DNA of 64,000 nt from contig JBHGNT010000001.1 in assembly GCA_043228905.1 (NCBI GenBank), positions 558,001 through 622,000 of the forward strand, in the 5' to 3' direction. Shown in pieces: positions 60,333 through 64,000 of this stretch. The DNA is from Azolla caroliniana (lineage: Eukaryota > Plantae > Polypodiophyta). Position 1 is the stretch's first letter, and each line of letters starts with the position of its first letter. The notes beneath the pieces were generated by a model. The model was given only the letters and a program-made list of their open reading frames with translations. It made no database searches and was not told where the DNA came from. Position numbers and translations under genes: made by a program.

Positions 60333-61409
60333 CCTATATCAATATACTTATGAAAGAGTCTTGCATCCCATTTGAAATTGCCAAGTTCCTTAACATTGAA
60401 AATCTCCATCAAGAGTCACACCAACATATTATTGGTTTTATGACCCATCAAATACAGGGGTATAGGTTTTCATCCAAATAATTTTCAACTTCATGTGAAG
60501 CATGGAATTGCTTGGCAAATGTGGAGACTACACAAAGAAAGATTTTAGAAAAACATCGCCACACTAAATGAAAAAGCAACTAACATAATCACCATACATA
60601 ATGAAAATATAGGTACTAAGAAAAGAAGAGTTCTCCAATTCATGGAACAATTATGCATATTATCTACCATATTTATGCCACCTTCAAGATACGAAATTCA
60701 TTACTTTTCAGTTGCTTTTTTTTATCATATCTAATATGTACATTTCACAACCCATCAATTCTTGACTAATGAAATAATTTTAAGGTTTCCATAACTTTTT
60801 CTATTATTTGTTGTCAGGATTGAATTATCTGTGGCCAGACCATTGGAACACTGTCGGGGACTATAATCTGGATATAACCACATTAGAAAAAAAAATCGAT
60901 TGGGGAGACCATAACTCGCAATAATATTTTCATGACAAAATAACGAGTTTCCCCAACAGATGACTAAACTTTGTTCAAACAAATTAAATTCTAATCATAG
61001 AAATTTATGTTTAATTCCTAATAGTAGTGTATATTAAAGGCAAAGCTCAGGAAAAGAAAGACTAATAATCACATACCGTACAATATTGTAAACTCTCCGC
61101 ATATGCAATCAAAATCAATGATAATATAACTAGAAATCATGACTATGTTTACATACAATATTCAAATGGAGCATCCTTAAAACCATAATAAGATCTTCTC
61201 ATAAACCAAGATAATGCAAAAGTTTACACATTTCTGTGGAATGGAATATCATTACCTTTATGTTAAGGTTTCTTCCATATAAAGACTAATAGAATACCTC
61301 CAATTTCTACAGAGGAACGAAGAAACATCATATACTACCACCATCCTAGTAAAAACCTATTTTACTATGAATTAGTGCCAAAAAGAACTGCCCACAACAT
61401 CCTAAATCA

Positions 61410-64000
61410 TCATACGCCTGGAACAGTAGATTGTATAGATTTCAAATCAGAACCATGCACCCTGAATCTGTAGATGCAAGTATGAGAAAGGCTTCCATAG
61501 TTTGAGAATACCTCAAGTTTCACCATATTTATCAACTTCCCTCTCGCCTTCGAATCTTCAGGAATAGCGAACGTCTGCACATTTTTCTTCTCGATATCAT
61601 ACCTAAACTCTCCAAGAAGCAATTGTGGCACAGACGTTTCTGTTGTATCATCCTTTTTAAAGCTATCTAACCAACCAAACACTCGGAAATCCTTTGGAGC
61701 ACTCGAAACATCATATGCGATACTCTGCAATTCAAATAGTTCCAGCACTTTAGTGTATTGCTCATCACAATTCAGCCCCATCATATTAAACATCATTGCA
61801 CTGTCGTTACATTGAAGTTAAAATGGAAAATTGGTGCCATCACTTATGTAAAGTGTAGGCCTTGTTATTAGAGAGAGAGTGCATGTGTAGAAACAATCAG
61901 TTGAACCAGGATATCAAACTTAATCAGAAGCTCTTGCAAAGAATGGCCAAACTAAACTAAACGTTGTGAAAAGTGTTGCATCTTGGGGAGCCACCAAAGA
62001 AGAAGATCTGTTTTTAAGGGATAACGAAGCAGAAAATGGCTGTTTCCTACCATTTTCTCCCTTTCTCCATCTTTATGATCCAACTCAAACTGATCCTTCT
62101 ATTCTCAAAATCTTCTAGTGTACCTCTCCCTCTTGTCAGATGAAGATTCATCTCAGACCATGTATTGGATCTCACTCTTACCTAATTGGCCGGGTGCTGA
62201 TCATAACAAAGTGTCTCACAGGGAAAGATGCACTTTTTACAGTTGAATACAATTGAAATGGAAAGAAATGCAAAACAAAGGGAATATTGAGCTAGTTTTT
62301 ACACAGAACAATGTTTCAAACATACAAATTCTAAGGATCTAATCCTATTTTAAGTAACACAGATAGGCTTTTGAGTTGTACAGTTACTAATACTGGTTTT
62401 ATCTAGCATAAGCCCTGTTACTCTGCTCAAGAATGTTGACCAATAAACATTCAAGGGGGAATTTCAAGGTGATTATTAGGCAGTCATGAACATTTACTAC
62501 ACAGCAACAGACATGTACGTGAACTTTTTCTCTTGTATTACTTGATTACATAACCCCTCTTACAACGGAATAAAGAAAACCTAAAAATTAAACGTTGATT
62601 GTATTTCATTCAGCAAATAGAATAGACCGTGCACAATGTAGAATTGTTTGATAATGAATATCGGTGAAGAAAGATAATTTATTTTTTGGCTAGAGATCAT
62701 CTCAAAACTCATGAAGAGAATCAGCATAATTTAGGCTGCAAGAAGATAAACTCAAGCCTCTGGCTCATAGAAATGTAAGTAGCCCCTCGTCAAAAGTTTG
62801 ACTGTTAATTCAATTTAAACATTCAATGGAGAATATTTTGCGGCGAACAGGCACAATTCTATGCTTTGCCTTCTAGGGAAAAGAGAGACTTGATAATCCA
62901 ACCCTTGACATTTCAATTCTTCAGTGTTGTTCTTTTTCACCAATTCCACACCATGATTGACATTTATCTCATAACGTTTCAGCAAAACCAAATTATACAG
63001 TTTTTGGAACAACATAAAATATAATGGTTAGGTTGTTTTGCACATAAAAAAGAAAAAAATAAGTAAAACATACAATGTTAGTTTGAGGATGAAAAATTAC
63101 CTTAGAGACATGTTCCAAACTGAAAGCATCAGGGAAGACTGAGGTTCGAAGCGCGATATCCACGTACACATTGTTCCCTTTGAGAGGAAGACACTGTCCA
63201 GGCTCACCAAAGCTAGGTTCCAAGATCTTGTTCGCCAATGAATGTTTGTGATTTCCTCCAGGCAAGAAACTTCCCACTAATTGTTGCCAACCAAATTTCA
63301 AACCATGGTAAAAACCTTCAGAATGATCAATCACTTTTCCCCCACCTGATGCTAGTGCATAATCTACTCTTCCGATTCCATCTGCAGCATGTTTATCCAG
63401 TTCAGCTTCTACTATTCTTCTTGCTACAGCTCGGACATCATCAAGACTTAATGCATCTCCAGTTCCTTCAGAGGCCCTCTGTTGCACGATTGATGTGATG
63501 AGATTCAACACATCATGCCTTGTAGGAAATCCAGCGTCCATGAACGTTTTCAACGATGCTTCTATATCTTCTGTCTTCGCTTTCATGTTCTTCAATTCTG
63601 TGCCAAAAGAGATGGTCTGCTCATCTATTTTGTCTTCCAATTCCTTTCTGAGGCCATCTACTTCCTTGTGGATCTTCATATCCACAAGATCAAGCTGAAC
63701 TTGCATCATTTTGGTCGTCTTCCTGAGTATTTCTTCTAGTTCTGCGACTTGTCCTTCCATGGACATGCTTTCAAAAGTAGGAGGATGTGTCGTTGAGCCA
63801 TAGAAAGTAGTGACTAGTCCTGCTACGAGGATGAAGGACAGAAAAAGAAGAGATGAACGAGAAAAGATATCCTTTACTAAGCGTGGACGAGAAACTGTGT
63901 TAGATCTATTCTTAGTGGAGGGGATAGCTTGCAAAGAAAGTTTCAAAGCTTTGGGTTTGGTTCCTAAAACATTAGGATTATCCACAGCTTTACCACTCAT
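61410..64000 (-). CDS. C-terminal SUN-domain inner nuclear membrane protein (SUN1/SUN2 type), probably 5'-truncated by the window
   Basis: Exons 64000-63101 and 61724-61410 (GT-AG, phase 0). It has a TM helix, a coiled coil (KTTKMMQVQLDLVD), HAADGIGRVDYALASGG, ILEPSFGEPGQCLPLKG, LEHVSK|SIAYDVSSAPKDFRVFGW and SNYGSLSHTCIYRFRVHG. Confidence 0.95.

Noticed and set aside
61725-61796. ORF-track start for a separate 128-aa SUN protein
   Set aside because: This is intron sequence read through in frame. The exon starts at the acceptor at 61724 and joins the upstream SUN exon.

Overview
Eukaryotic nuclear DNA from a land plant. It is probably a seed-free vascular plant such as a fern, inferred from the gene families, the PLS-PPR style and the retroelement types; this is not proven. 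Nine protein-coding genes can be reconstructed by hand, with GT-AG introns and open spliced frames where introns are present. They are a JINGUBANG/REN4-like WD40 gene (-), PAS2-type 3-hydroxyacyl-CoA dehydratase (+), a UUAT-clade nucleotide-sugar transporter (-), an mL80-like mitoribosomal protein (+), the SWI/SNF ARM protein LFR (+), a GT31 galectin-domain Hyp-O-galactosyltransferase (+), a divergent dirigent protein (+), a PLS-E PPR protein (+) and a C-terminal SUN protein cut by the window edge (-). Intergenic and intronic space holds decayed L1 and RTE-like LINEs, a gypsy 3' remnant, at least five solo LTRs with target-site duplications (one nested 6 bp inside another), an hAT MITE, a one-ended Tc1/mariner-like insert, microsatellites and many two-copy tandem duplications of about 100 bp. 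I see no CRISPR, rRNA or convincing tRNA gene, and no well-supported novel multi-gene system. The best leads are the divergent dirigent gene, the PPR gene with no ATG or DYW domain, the nested and tRNA-box-bearing solo LTRs, and the GC step in the WD40 gene.
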